A stretch of 64,000 bases of DNA from Octopus vulgaris. Taxonomy: Eukaryota. Position numbers and translations under genes: made by a program. The stretch covers positions 95,480,001 to 95,544,000 of the forward strand of contig OX597817.1 in assembly GCA_951406725.2 (NCBI GenBank), read 5' to 3'. Each line of letters opens with the position of its first letter. Within the stretch, counting starts at the first letter, position 1. The notes beneath the pieces were generated by a model. It made no database searches. It saw nothing but the letters and a program-made list of their open reading frames with translations, and was not told the origin of the DNA. Shown piece after piece: positions 11,121 to 25,109 of the stretch.

Positions 11121-13824
11121 GAAAGAATTAAGGCGAGTGTCAGTTGCCGTACTGTAGTCCTTAAGCTAGTAGGAGCGAGATCGTTCGCTTTGCATACTCT
11201 TTATATTGGGTAGGTCTGGCTGTTGACATCAGCTGGTATTGAATAACGCTGTACTCATGTTTGTTACTACACTCAGATCCAGTCTGGACAGATTTCTGGT
11301 AAAGTCATCATTTGAAAGTTCGGTAGATTAGAAACAAATCCTGAGTTCAAATCAAAGTACTGAACTGTTACATAATATAACCTTACCTAATTTAAGGCAC
11401 TGCATTCCATCAAGAAGACTCAAAGTCTCTGTTTTTATTGCGTGTGTCTCCCTCTTTTCAAAACTTGACTTACTTCGCTCCCCTCGAACTGCTAGCTGGT
11501 TTCGTCTTACTGGGAAATGACATACTAGGAAAGGAGTTACACTCAGATCCAGTCTGGACAGATTTCTTTTTTTACTTATTTCGGCTAGAGAAGAGTTTCC
11601 TTTTTCTGCTGATACTGCAGGTTATTTACTCTGACGGCTCTTAATTTAGTCGCTGCCAATATTTTTTTTTTGATATCTGGTTGCTTATCGGTTGCTGTTC
11701 TTGGTGTATACGGCCTTTAAATGTACTGCTCCACCGCATATGAAACATTTGGGATGCTGCAAGCCAATCGTTTATATCTGCTTGCATTACTGTAGTTTCT
11801 ACACCGCTGATCTTTTTGTTTCTTGAATGCAAACAGGCATGTGTTTCGCAATGATACTTTTCCATCAGTTTTTTTTTAGACAAGGAGATGATAGTTTTAT
11901 ACTTCATTCACACAATCTCTAAGATTTCCCTTTCAGCTTGTTCTGTGGGAAACTATTGTTCGTGTAAATGTATATATTTTTTTATCTGATGCTATCTTTT
12001 TCATTAGTTTTACTATTTTTCTGCTTCTGTTGACATTATAACCACTACCACTGCTGCTGTTGCTGTATTTTTCAAATTACACCAACTGAAAAATGTGCCA
12101 ACATTAATAGCTTGATTTTTTTTAATGATAACGAAGCCCTTGTTAATGTTAAAGAAGACATTAATATTTATACTGTTATTGTTATTTTGGCTAACAGTAT
12201 CAATGCATAAAATGGTCTCGTTTCTTTTATCCTCTCCTGAAAGAGGTTTGATACTACTGTTTTGTGAATCATCTCCTGCAACCATAAATGTGGCCATATT
12301 GAAAAAGTTTTCCCCAATTAAAAACAGAAGCAAATAAATGATTTCTTCCTATAAATGGGTGAGACAGTAGTGTAGGTAGAGTTGGGGGCAAAAGAACAAC
12401 CGCTCTCACATGTACATTTTTCAAAAGTGGCTCGTTTTCAAGTTTCTTTTTAACTCATTAAGTTCACTTGTGCGATAAAAGTCGTATCTTGTTACTTGAT
12501 CCTTTTTCATCGCATAACCTAAACATTCGGAAAACGTTCTGAACCCATCCCTTTTCTTGACTAATCTTCCAGTATTTTCAACTGTCTACTTAATTTCATA
12601 TGGTGCGTTGGTGGTCGCTGGTATCTGGGGAAGGAAAACAAACCATGATATCATAAATCCTTATCTGATTCCGGACGACCAAAGAATTTCATCTTTTTCA
12701 TCTCACAAGCTACAACCCCAGTAATTTAAGTTTCGTTCTTGATGACAATGTTACTGGAACATGCAAATTAATGAATATGATATACAATTATGTACATATA
12801 GTGGTTCATCTAACAGAAATTTTTGTTGTCTCACTTTTTAAGGCATTCATTTTCGGTCTTTTGTGCCAGTTTAGCGTGTAGCCACAAAATATGACAGAAC
12901 AAAAATCTGTGTGAAGTCTAAATACAGAAATATTTATTTATAGTTAACAAAAAAATGCAGTCGTTACGAAAATACTACTCCCATGTCTTTTCTCTCTTTC
13001 TTCCTACCCTCCACCTTCCTTATCTCTTACTTTCCCTCGTTCGCTTCGACAACATGCTGAGGTTCTACATTCGTACAAGCCACAACAGAAATTCTGTATT
13101 AGCAAGAGTAAACAAGCAGGTCCTGTTCTATCACAATTACAGATTATTCTACTAAAGAAAGAACACTAATATTCCAAAATCAATGGGCATGAACATAAAC
13201 TAGTACTTCCGCTGCTATTTCGAGCAATTTCATAGCATTTATATACTTTCACTGCTCTCCCTAAACCCTTGATATTTTCCTATACTATATAACTTGCATG
13301 TAGTTTGCTAGTTTAAATGTTTTTATTTTTAATATCTTACAAGATATTCTCATGTATTCAGTATTATTTTGCTTTGTTTTGCGCACAGACCTTACGGACA
13401 CCTTTATTACTACTGTTTATTCTCAGCAAATCACTTTATTTGATATGACATCACTGTCCAGATTACTTTATTCTACTTGAATTTATACAGTTAGGTACGC
13501 ACCTGCACACGTTACTTCATACTTTTATTCCTGTTTTCTTCGTACAATTATAGACAGCTATATAATAATGTTACTTCTCTCTCTTTCTCGCTTACACAAA
13601 TTTTATCTACAATTTGGTAACTATCGATAGTTACTAAATATAATATAACTAATAACATATTTCGCGTACTGTAAAAGAAATGAAACTGAGTGTGTAGTCG
13701 AGCGATTCATTTGATGGTTACTAGAATCATTGCTCCATATTTCATTATTATATATATACTTCTCTCACACACACTGATACTATCACAGACATTTTCGTAT
13801 AAGAAATGCGACGGAGAAAACTAT

Positions 13825-13948
13825 TTATTTCTTTATTGCCCACAAAGGGCTAAACATAGAGGGGACAAACAAGGACAGACAAAGGGATTAAGTCGATTAC
13901 ATCGACCCCACTGCGTAAGTGGTACTTATTTAGTCGACCTCGAAAAGA
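13825..13948 (-). mobile_element. SINE 3' half
   Basis: Core plus tail matching 15113-15230 and 17380-17492. Confidence 0.8.
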
Positions 13949-14916
13949 TGCCAACGATTCTGCCGGCTCGTCTCCTCGATGGAGAAAAATATTATGAAGA
14001 AGAAATTCAATCGGTCGAACGGAAAGAAGACGGACGTTGTAATTTGAGAAAAAGTACTGCCAAAATGTCCGAGATTGAACGCCAAATTTTCATTTGGAAA
14101 ACACTCGACATCTGTTGCACCAGATGAAGACTTGCTACTTTATTTCAGTTCTGATTCTGAGACATCCAGAGCCATTCTGGTAAACACGAAAAACTTTCAA
14201 GTACCTACTCTCAGCATGTGGGTCGATGACAGCATTCTGGCTGCTGCACAGGTGATGGCTGTTGAGCCCCTAGAAGATATGAGCACTTCAGAAGACTGTC
14301 ATCTAGATGACAATGGCGACAAAGTAAATGAAATACACAATCTTGGTAAAGAAACGGATAAGAAGTGTCGTGAAATGGTTAGGCACTGGTCGGTTTACTT
14401 AAGAAGGGCAAACATTGTGCTTCTTTTGTTCGTTAGCTTTTTGAAAATCGGTTGGATGTTTGGAGTGATAAAAAAAAACAGTTTCAAAATGGAAAAGACA
14501 TGAAAAAGGCGAAACCCACAAAAAAGTAGAGAAAAATATTTCCTACGAAATCTCGTTTGTCCAGAGATAAAATTGCCTTGGCTCGCCTTGTAAGTATGGA
14601 AAGGAAAGAGACAGAAAACCAGGGTGATTTTTACCTGTATCAAAGATAATATTCTGTTTTTGGGAAAACAAGGATTGTAGTTTCGTGTTATTGCAAGTTT
14701 TAAGATTTACGTTCTCCAAGTACAAAAAGTACAAATGAAAGCAAATTTTTAAAGTTTATTTAGGTGTTTGCAAAATACGATACATTACGAGAGCCTAGAG
14801 TTACATTTATTGCTGAGTGATAAAAATGCAACATATCGCAAACATATAAAGTGATCTGATTCATTCCCCAATTTTGGTTTTATAAAGATAATAGCTGAAA
14901 ACAATGCGGCCAAGTA

Positions 14917-15528
14917 CTTTTCTACTCTAGGCACAAGGCCCTAAATTTTTGGGGAGAGGGCCAGTCGATTAAATCGACCCCAGTACGCAACTGGTACTTA
15001 ATTTATAGACTCCGAAAGGATGAAAGGCCAAGTTAACCTCGGCGGAATTTGAACTCAGAACGTAAAGACAGACGAAATACCGCTAAGAAATTCGCCCGGT
15101 GTGCTAACGTTTCTTATTTCTTTACTGCCCACAAGGGGCTACACACAGAGAGGACAAACAAGGACAGACAAAGGGATTAAGTAGATTACATCGATCCCAG
15201 TGTGTAACTGGTACTTAATTTATCGACCCCAAAAGGATGAAAGGCAAAGTCGACGTCGACGGAATTTGAACTAAGAACGCAACGGCAGACGAAATACCTA
15301 TTTCTTTACTATCCACAAGGGGCTAAACACAGAGAGGACAAACAAGGAGAGACAAATGGATTAAGTCGATTACATCGACCCCAGTGCCTAACTGGTACTC
15401 ATTTAATCGACCCCGAAAGGATGGAAGGCAAAGTCGACCTCGGCGGAATTTGAACTCAGAACGTAGCAGCAGACGAAATACCGCTAAGCATTTTGCCCGG
15501 CGTGCTAACGTTTCTGCCAGCTCGTCGC
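14917..15528 (-). mobile_element. Head-to-tail array of three tRNA-derived SINE units
   Basis: Units ~15298-15528, ~15113-15297, ~14917-15112; A-box-like TGGCAGAAACGTT complete only in the first unit, B-box in all. Confidence 0.9.
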
Positions 15529-16544
15529 CTAACTTTTCAATAACTATTGCTTCTACTTGTGACATCAGCAGAATTGTCCAATTTTCTATATCTCTGCGAG
15601 ATGTAATGAGTGTGACCATGTAGCAGAATGATTTGAACATTCCACCGAGTTACATAAAGCAAGAATTGCAAATAATTTGAACATTCCTCCAACAATCAAA
15701 AACATAAATACATCAATAGGAACTCTAAAAGTGTCTATATCTTTTCTCTTCTGGCACTTTCCCTCGTCTTTGAGGACTAAAAGAAGAGCAGATTCAAATG
15801 CAATCGTTTGCACTGATTCTAAAAAAGCCCTTTGATGGGCGCTCAAAAAGTCAGCAATAGAGGCAGTCTGGCCGAAATTATCAGCTCTAGTAGTTACTCT
15901 ATAAGTTATTCTTGATGGTTAGATAGAAAACTATACTATTAAGCTGATTGCTCAGGCAAAGGATATACGGGAAACACTCACTATCTGCAAATTTTTATTT
16001 ATTCTAATATGTAGATAAACTTTCAGTTTATCTACATATTTACAGAAAAGTAGTCTAGATATAGTAAACAGCTTCGATTCAGATTTTTGAAAGAGAGAGA
16101 TGAAAAATATATGAAAGGAATATGAACTTCATTTCAACTAGAATGAAAATAAAGTAACCGTGTCGGTTTGAAAATGTGATATTTATACAGTATACGAGCA
16201 TCAAAGACAACGTAAAAGAAGGTTCTATGATGAAGTTGAAGAGAATGAAGGAACATTTGATACTCGAATCATGCTTAGTGTTGTTAGAGTCTACTATAAC
16301 TGTCGCACGTAAAAAAATTTAAGCACTTTAAAAACGAACCTTCCAGATTTAATGATCTAACGCGAAAGGATTTTGACAACGCTGATAATGTTAGAAGTTT
16401 TAGTAGACACGTATTCAAACGTCATTCGCAATTAAATTGAAATCAGTAAAGTTTCTTTCATTCAAACACATATACAAAGAAATAATGAGAGCTAACAATA
16501 AGGTAAATTCAAATTCCGAGAAACCGACTGTAAACAACATATCT

Positions 16545-16760
16545 AAATTCATGACCGCCAATTTCTGGCTGAATCGTTTGAGCGTCGGAAAAAATGCTCT
16601 GCGGTATCTCTTCCGGCTCTTTGCTTCTGAGTTTAAATATCGCTCAAGTCAACCTTGCTTTTCATCCTTTCTGGGTCCATGAAATAAGTACCAGTTGAGT
16701 ACTGGAGACGATGGTATTAACTACCTCACACCTCAGAAATTATTGGTCTTGTTCCTTTTT
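16545..16760 (+). mobile_element. Old diverged SINE copy
   Basis: gagtttaaat..gcttttcatcctttctgggtccatgaaataagtaccagttgagtactgg. Confidence 0.65.
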
Positions 16761-17267
16761 ATGACCCTGCTTATAACTAGTGTCATTGCAGAACGATAAT
16801 TTAATCAGCTGTAACATATAAAACTCTACTCTCGTTCTTCAATGAATAAAGATAGATTGAATGGGTTAGTTTTGTTCTCCATCGAAAGAGACTTGGCTAC
16901 TGAGGTAATAAAGTAATAAATAACTTAGCTAAAGTGAAGCCTAGACGAAGGAGACCGTCATAGTCTTTTATATATTTTCCCATTATATAATTTTGTTTTC
17001 GCTTCAAATTTAAAATAAAAAATTAATTAATTAAATACAACACAGGTTTTTATTATGTCTTGAAATTTATGAGCTTACTGTAAAACCTTTATTATTGTTT
17101 TGATTTTAAATACAAAATAACAATTATGTTGTATAAAACTGTAACTTCCTTGTGTTTTGATTGTAGTGATTTTCATAACACACATGCACAAAATGTGAGC
17201 TTAACATTATTGTGTCATGGCACCTTTTCATGCGTTCGTTCCCACTAACGTTATAAACTGACTATCC

Positions 17268-17495
17268 CAGCTGGCAGAAACGTTAGCACGCCGGGCGAAA
17301 TGCTTAGAGGTATTTCGTCTGCCGCTACGTTCTGAGTTCAAATTCCGCCGAGGTCGACTTTGCCTTTCATCCTTTCGGGGTCGATTAAATAAGTACCAGT
17401 TGTGCACTGGGGTCGATATAATCGACTTGATCCCTTTGTCTGTCCTTGTTTGTCCACTCTATGTTTAGCCCCTTGTGGGTAGTAAAGAAATAGGT
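17268..17495 (+). mobile_element. Full-length tRNA-derived SINE with Deu/Nin-like core
   Basis: A-box-like tggcagaaacgtt, B-box gagttcaaattcc, core gcctttcatcctttcggggtcgattaaataagtacca, tail gccccttgtgggtagtaaagaaat. Confidence 0.9.
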
Positions 17496-18254
17496 AAGAT
17501 ATATAGTAATTCAACTCGCCTCCTTCTACATATAGTAACAACAAAATATACAGAACAAATTTAACATAGATAATAAAAAAATTCAATTGTAAAAATATGA
17601 ATGAAAAATATCTAATAGTGCAAAGTAGATTTTATTCATATTTTCTTTAAAGCTTTAAACAATAAGAAGCTTAATTGAAAATGAATGTAAATGGAATTTC
17701 TTTTTACAAATAAACTGAGAAAGAGAGATAGGGAGAGTGAGATAGAGAGTGAGAGAGAGGGAAGAGAGAGACATAGAATGTGAGAGATAGGGAGTGAGAG
17801 AGAGATGAGGGAAAGAGAGAGCTAAGGAGATGAAATATAGCGAGGTATAAGGCAGGCTTCCTCAGAAAATATAGAGATAAAATGATGTAAAAAGAAAACA
17901 GAAAAGTAGGAAAGGCGTAAGCTGGAAAGTGGAAAGAGACTGCTTTTCAAAATGTCGATTGTTTAAGCTACTGTTTTATTGGTTTTATTGTTTTTGCTTT
18001 TGCTGCTACGATCATTGCTTCACAATCGTCTGTGTTAAGTCAAATTCCTTGCAGTCACTGCTTTTACTATCCTTCATAATGATGATAGCCACAGTGATTT
18101 TGTTTCATTGTTGTTCATAATGTAAGTATTTAGGGGATCTAGTAATAATTGTTGTCAGTTTGATTATGACTAATAAATTTCATTTTTTAAATGTTTTTAT
18201 TGTTCTTGGTAAAATGATTATTGTTAATTGTTTCTACTTAGATAATCAAATTTG

Positions 18255-18841
18255 TTAGTTACTCTCAGGGTGCATGTAACCGTTACATAAAGAGCGAAAG
18301 TGAAACGGTGAGTGTTGTATTTTTGACACAAGTTCTTCGTAATTTGGTATTTCAAAAACATGGTGACCTGTAGGGTCACTGGCGAGTGTGTTGAGAAAAT
18401 TTGTGTATGGTCCATTATCACTGTCAATGCTGATGAAGAATAGTTCTGTTCCTTGCATCTTCAGTTTTTCTATCTCTTCTATCAATGTCTCTGAAACTGA
18501 AGTTACTGATGGCTCTAGAAAAAGAGTGACAACCTGTTTGGGCATTTGACCAAAAAATCTACTATGTAAAGCTAATCTGAACATATCATAACGTATTCTG
18601 CGCACTGTGTCTTCTAAAGAAGGAAATGTTAATTTAGTTTTTCTAAAGTTTCTTGGTCCTCCACTAAGGTCCTTCGGCATCGAACTTAGAGGTACATTCA
18701 GATTTTGAGGACAATAAGCTTGTGATACAATAGAAAACTGATTATAACCGGAAATTGGTAAGAAGTTGGCAATAAAATCGTAGATCATTTGCGATTTATA
18801 CTGACCGAGACCCAACAAATCAAATCCAAATGCAATTACAC
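18255..18841 (-). CDS. Terminal coding exon of host gene: degenerate VWA-like domain
   Basis: Acceptor T-tract-gtttcag at 18842, phase 1, open frame VIAFGFDLLGLG...VVTLFLEP...LKMQGTELFFISI...LASDPTGHHVFEIPNYEELV to TAA at 18255. Confidence 0.85.
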
Positions 18842-21124
18842 CTGAAACAAAAAAAAAAAAATAAAGAAACGGAATAAGAAAGTAAAATATATAGAAATGG
18901 TTAGAAATCGAAACGATGCTTAGTGTAAATAAATAACAGTTTATTTGTAACTTAGGCAAAATATTTTCTTTTGAGTAGCTTCAACCAGTCTTTTGTTTGG
19001 AAGATCTCGGAACATAATAGGAGGATGATTTTAGGTTGACTATATTTTCTACCAATTCGCCCCACTTTGATTCAAATTTTCAATGTAATATCAAAATCCT
19101 CTGCAGCAGACGTTTATTTTGTGCTGATCTAATTCATGAAATATTTTTGGAGATGTATAAAGAATAAAAGCAAAAGATTTATTGGTAGAAAAGGTACTCA
19201 TCTCCCCATCTCTTTCTCATACGCGCAATAATCCATACTAGCTTGTGCATTAATATGTATACAAAATTTTGCTCTGGAGACTTGAGCAAAATGTTTGCAA
19301 AAGGTTTTACAAGAAATAAACCAACATATGTTCGACCTTATAGTCTGCTTCACTCTAACCTTATCCAGATGAGAGCATGTAAATTTTTATGAAAGATTAA
19401 ATAACTGTGCAAATGTGTAACTGGAGCTGTTTGTGCTGAATGCTGTATACAGCTATTTTCTGTTCGAGAGAGATTGGTTAAAGGAATACAATGGGATTTG
19501 CTATCAAGCTGTTGAATATCTTTTGCAGCTTGAAAAGCACATAAGTTTGTGACATTGAATTAATTTTAATTCAACAGTAAACTTGATTTTGAAATTTTAT
19601 TACTTATGGTTGTCTAAGGCCTAAATCATGACGGATCGAGCAGGCATATCAAAAGTATATTACCGTGCATTAAATTATGAATTGTGTCCTTTTAATATTG
19701 TAGTGTGTGATTTGTTAGAGATTTGGCCATTATTTCTAAGCAGATCAAGTGGCTTCGTTGGGTCCCTCTTTTGAGTTGAATTACAACTGAAGGATCAAAC
19801 TGTAATCTAAGTGCTGGAATATTAATTTCTATTAGTGTGGAATTACTAACGGTTATTATGATTACAAGTTTCTACTACCGTTATGTTGAGAAAAGAGACC
19901 AGAAGTGACTGGAGCGCCTGCGTTTTAGTCAGAAATGCAGCTGCATGTAGATGTTCAGAATTGCAAATGATTCGGTTTCAGCACCGTTGATATTAGTATA
20001 CAATGCATGTAATAGCAAAGAATAATTGTTAGTGTTAAAATCCCCGAGGGCAATGATTTTGAAAACGAGCGAGGCAGATGTTCTCAAAACAAGAAGGAAA
20101 ATGGACAAAGAGTTGTTCGTGGCTGAGAGAGTTCGGAGAATGATAAAGGAAGCAGATGTATTTAGGGGAGTGGAGAAGGGAGACTTGGAACCAGATTAAC
20201 AAGTCTTTATTGTTGATGTCCAGATGAAAGTGAGTATGGCGTACAGACACCACTACTCACAATAGTATTTTATTTGAAACTAATAGTTCGCAAGAGCATT
20301 CATTCTACCGAATAATTGTGTGACGATAATTACTCAAGAACATAGATATCACATGAAATAGTAATTGTGGTATTATGTGTTTTTTAATATTTCAGACATT
20401 AATGAGCATAGTTAAGTTGTTTAGAAGCTTAAATGACAGTCACACACCCTCGCACGAAGAAATATGAGTATCTAGATAAAATCATGGCTTATTTACTGAA
20501 AAACATTTAAAAATATTTTAGAAAAGTCTCCAGAACGCGTGCTGTTATGCATATTGTGCACATGTCTCTTTGTTAGAAAGAAGTGAATCTTTCCCATCAA
20601 CAAATGCTTTTAAAAATTCTTTGTAGAGAAATTTCTTAATTTGTGTCACTGATAATATTTTAAAAGCACAGTTATCATTTTGTATCATATCCTCTGACAA
20701 GTAGTGGTAAGTGGTATTATTATAGAATGTATTGAATAAAATTGGATTCACATCAATGATGATACATCTTTTTTAAGTATGAAACTATTTTTTATGATCG
20801 CTAGAAAAAAGGTATAAGGAAAAAAATAAGTGTATTTTAAAGTTAAATACTTTATCGATATCTAGAAGAGTGGAAAATCCGCGAGCCAAAAGTTATTAAC
20901 TACTGAAAAAGACTCTACAAGGAATATAGATAAATGAGAGAAAGCATTTTAAATTATTGGAACAGTAAAAACTCTCGCTGAGTTAATTTGCAGTGTTTTA
21001 CTTTCATGAAATATATTATAACTCCTTATGCCTCTTGAATTTTGTTAATATTAAAAATAATCTCGTTGCATGCAGAGAAAATAAAATAGATATCGAGCAC
21101 TCTTTGTATAATTGATTTACTTAC

Positions 21125-21448
21125 TGGGGTTTGGAAAATGAGGACGAGGCCAAAATAACACTTGCCAGACTGGTCGTTGTGCAGGAAATGGACTTCTTGT
21201 GGATATTGGTTGTGGAACCCAGGTTCGAGTAGAATGTATGGTTGTTGTAGGCTTCGTTGTAGTTGGTTCACTTGTAATTTTAGGTGTAGATGTTTCACGT
21301 GTTGTTTGCATTGTAGGTTTGGGTGTAGGAATAGTAGTTGTTGATAATGTTGTAGCAGGCTGTGACGTGGTTGTTTCTGCTATTGTTGTTGTTGCTGCCG
21401 TAGTGGTAGTGCTACTCGCCATTGTCATTGGTGTCGTGTCTGGAATAT
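21125..21448 (-). CDS. Internal exon: Thr/Pro-rich mucin-like linker
   Basis: aattcag acceptor, GTAAGT donor at 21124, 324 nt phase 1-1; DIPDTTPMTMASSTTTTAATTT...RPHFPNP. Confidence 0.85.
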
Positions 21449-21956
21449 CTGAATTGATAGTTTACATATTAATCAACAGCCTTGCCGATATGTTAATCAT
21501 GATACCCAATGGTATGTGGATTAAACAACAATATTATTGAGGACTTTTATTAAACGTGTTCACAAATTTTTGTCGCTGTTCGAACTTTAAGAAAACCATT
21601 CAAACAAAATTTCACGTAAATCAAAATTACACAAGTGCAGTTGAATAGATAAAATTTATATAGCAACATGTGACATATTGCTTATTTCACACTGTGATAT
21701 TGCATAAATTGTATATTAAATCAAAAGTAAATTATTTAAAATTTTATCATTACAAAGATAGAATAAAAAATAGATAAAATAAGTAAATAAAGATTGTGAT
21801 GGCATTGGAATTCCACTTCCTTTTTGACGTCAAAAGTTTTTGGAAAGGTATGAAACAACCCTACTTTCACTCTTTAAAGTAAAAATCCATACTAATGCAG
21901 TTTTAAAAGAGGACAATATTATTTTTCATGTTCATCACCGTAAAACAAGACGTAAG

Positions 21957-21957
<1 letters not shown>

Positions 21958-22034
<77 letters not shown>

Positions 22035-22051
22035 CTATGTATATATATATT

Positions 22052-22115
<64 letters not shown>
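21958..22115. repeat. (CT)n-(TA)n compound microsatellite
   Basis: Direct reading. Confidence 0.95.
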
Positions 22116-22118
<3 letters not shown>

Positions 22119-22179
22119 GCCGTTTAGAATACACTTCGTAGTGCTCAAGAAATTTAAAGTTGAGCATAAAACTATAACC

Positions 22180-23853
22180 TGAGCATTTCATTCGAAATTG
22201 ACATTAAGGTGGCCAATTTCTTAGACGTTACTTTCGACTTCAACACAAATCTGTATCACGTTTTCCATAAACCCAACAAATATTTACAATATATAAATGC
22301 TCTCTCTAATTACCCTAAACTTACCTCACAATAGCCTAGTTACAGGCATATCTATCAGAATCTCTAACTTATCTGCTAACGAAGAAATTTTTAATACTCA
22401 CATCCCTTATTATAATCAGGCCCTCAAAATAAGCGGCTTCCGCGAAAAAAATCTATATCCCCAATACTAAAATACCACGTCTCTTTCCCAATACTAATTC
22501 CGAATCTACAGACACTACTTTAACTCTACACCAATCCAACAACTCTAAAAAAAAAACATACACATCGCACCCGGCAGCCCCACTAACGACCCTGAGCCTA
22601 TAACAATTACAAGCCCCACTCCTGATCAACCCACTTCAACCACACACTTTAAATATTCTAAGACCAGGAAGCGGGAAATCCTATGGTTCGCACCATCTTT
22701 CTCTCTCCAAGTTAAATCTCCATCTAAATTCTTCTTTAAAATCCTAAAATCTAATTTTCCACTACAGAATAAATACTATCCTATCTTTAACAAATCATCC
22801 ATGAAAACTCCACCACACCTAATTTAGGATCCCTAATCGCCTCATCGAACAAACTCAAATTCCAACACCAGTCCTTGGAACACCCAAACTCTCACACTGC
22901 ACCCCAAATTAGCCCACATAGAAGCAATAATACAACCTTTAGTAACTCCACTCAAATAATAACAGACTCAAACCATTATCACATAATCCTACCTACGCAA
23001 CAACGAATACTAGCTGCGATACAACCTCCCAATCCAATTCAAATACAGAATGCACTTCAGGTTCTCCAATGTAGCTCAAACTCACTAGTAGTAAACTCCA
23101 ACCATGGAACAGATCGAAAAACTTGCAATTGTCGGGTTTCTCAACTATGCTCACTTGGAGGATCCTGTCTACGTAAGTGCCGTATAATAACACCACGTCC
23201 CCACCAAGAAAGGCTATATATCGGCGGCATCATAGATTTCAAGCGCCGCCACCGTGCAAACAAGAACTCTTTCTACAATCCAAATTCTAAATTATCAACC
23301 TCCTTAGCAACGTATATACACAACCTTAAAACCTCAAAATATTCCATACACCCTATCTTGGTCCATAGTAAGCGAAACTCCCCCATACAATGTAAACATC
23401 GGCGGGTGTAAGTTATATCTAAAAGAATCGTTAACCATTCCTCACCTTCATAATTTCTCATTACTTTATAGATTCTCTGATGTTATCTATTTTAGTAAAC
23501 ACAGTTACTACTCATCTTTCACACACTTTGCTAAATATATATAACCTTAAACTAAGACAAAGTTAGCCTAGCAATCTACTACTTAAAAAAATACTACACC
23601 GCTCTTATTCTTTCTCATATACACATTTCTAAATTTTTCCAAATTCTTCAAATCCAATACTTCCCACTTCCCTCTTAGTCTCCCCTCCCTCAGCACTTTC
23701 AAAAAGTACTTAACACTACCCCACCCTTTTGAAAAGTAACCAACCTATCTCTACCCCTATTCACACCCCTCAATTTCATACATCTCTCTTTACCATAGCA
23801 CCCTCCTCAAATACCAACCCACTACAACTACTATTCTGATACCTTCTCATTCT

Positions 23854-23891
<38 letters not shown>

Positions 23892-25075
23892 GCATTTTGC
23901 TTTATAATTGTTACCAGCTTCATATATTTAGTTTATATCTATAGTCCTCTGGATCTGTACTTTAAACTATCCTTCCATACATATTTACTTTCAACAATAT
24001 AAAATATATATATTCACTTTATTTATTTTTATTTATTTCCCATTTTTATTGTAATATTATCAATATTTGCATCTAGTCTTCTATTTATTTATTTATTTGC
24101 ATATTTAAGTGTGGATGTTTACATACATATCAAGTCATTTAATTTGTTACCTATTTATTCTTTACTTAATTACTTATACTGGTGTAGTTTTATACATACA
24201 TATCTATCATTTATTTTTATTTAATTTTAATAATATATGAATACATATATACTAGTTTTGTACTTATAATTATGTGTATAACCGTATTTATTCCTTCGTA
24301 TTTATTCCTTTTTATTTATTTTATCTCTTTTCATATTAAGTCTTTATAATATAAAATTTTTTTGAAATTTCTGTGATGTTCTCATAAGCGTTTACATTAA
24401 TACTTCCCCCTCTATTTTTTATTGCCTAAACTGGTATATTTTGGCACAATATTTATTAAGTTAATAAGTGACTTATTTATAATATCTAAATTAATATATT
24501 TTATATTTTATATTTTATAATTTAGCGTACTTTAAATCATAACAAACTTACGATAAACCTAACAACCGTATGTTTACTCTGCAACAAACCGGTGTTATAT
24601 ATTTTAAGTTACCCATGAAATAATTATCTGAATTAGTAACATACTGATATTTAAAAATACATTTATATCTTAATTAAATATTTTATAGAATGCATGGATG
24701 GTTCTTTTTTGTTATTGAGGCTCAGTTATAATTTTGAAGGACTTAGTGTTAGCATGGTTGCTTCCCTATTTTTTTATCTAAGTGTTAGCTGTTGCTTATG
24801 ATTATGTATATGTACAAGTGTATGTATATACATATAACTATGTGTGTATGTGCGATTGATCTGTAGATGCGTGTGTGAATATTGGCGTTCCCTGACTAAC
24901 CAACCGTATAATTTTCTTTTGTGATTTAAATTTCAAACCAATAGCCAATCGAATTAATCTAAATTTTCTTTACCTAGTGGTCAGCATTTCTTAACTCATA
25001 GTTATTTCGATCTTGGAAGGATGGACTTGGTGATAACTTAACTGTATCTATTTTATTATTTTTTATTATTATTAC

Positions 25076-25109
<34 letters not shown>

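Noticed and set aside
11640-12900. Possible piggyBac-like remnant on the minus strand
   Set aside because: Only a vague Cys/His pattern; no catalytic motif or TIR supportable by eye
13950-14800. ORFs 13690-14127 and 14075-14503 as a host gene
   Set aside because: Partly SINE-derived, no recognisable domain or splice structure
17268-17350. tRNA gene
   Set aside because: A and B boxes present but no cloverleaf; it is a SINE head
18842-18959. N-terminal part of ORF 18255..18959
   Set aside because: Lies upstream of a strong splice acceptor; intronic read-through
21199-21540. Val-rich plus-strand ORF
   Set aside because: Antisense shadow of the Thr-rich exon
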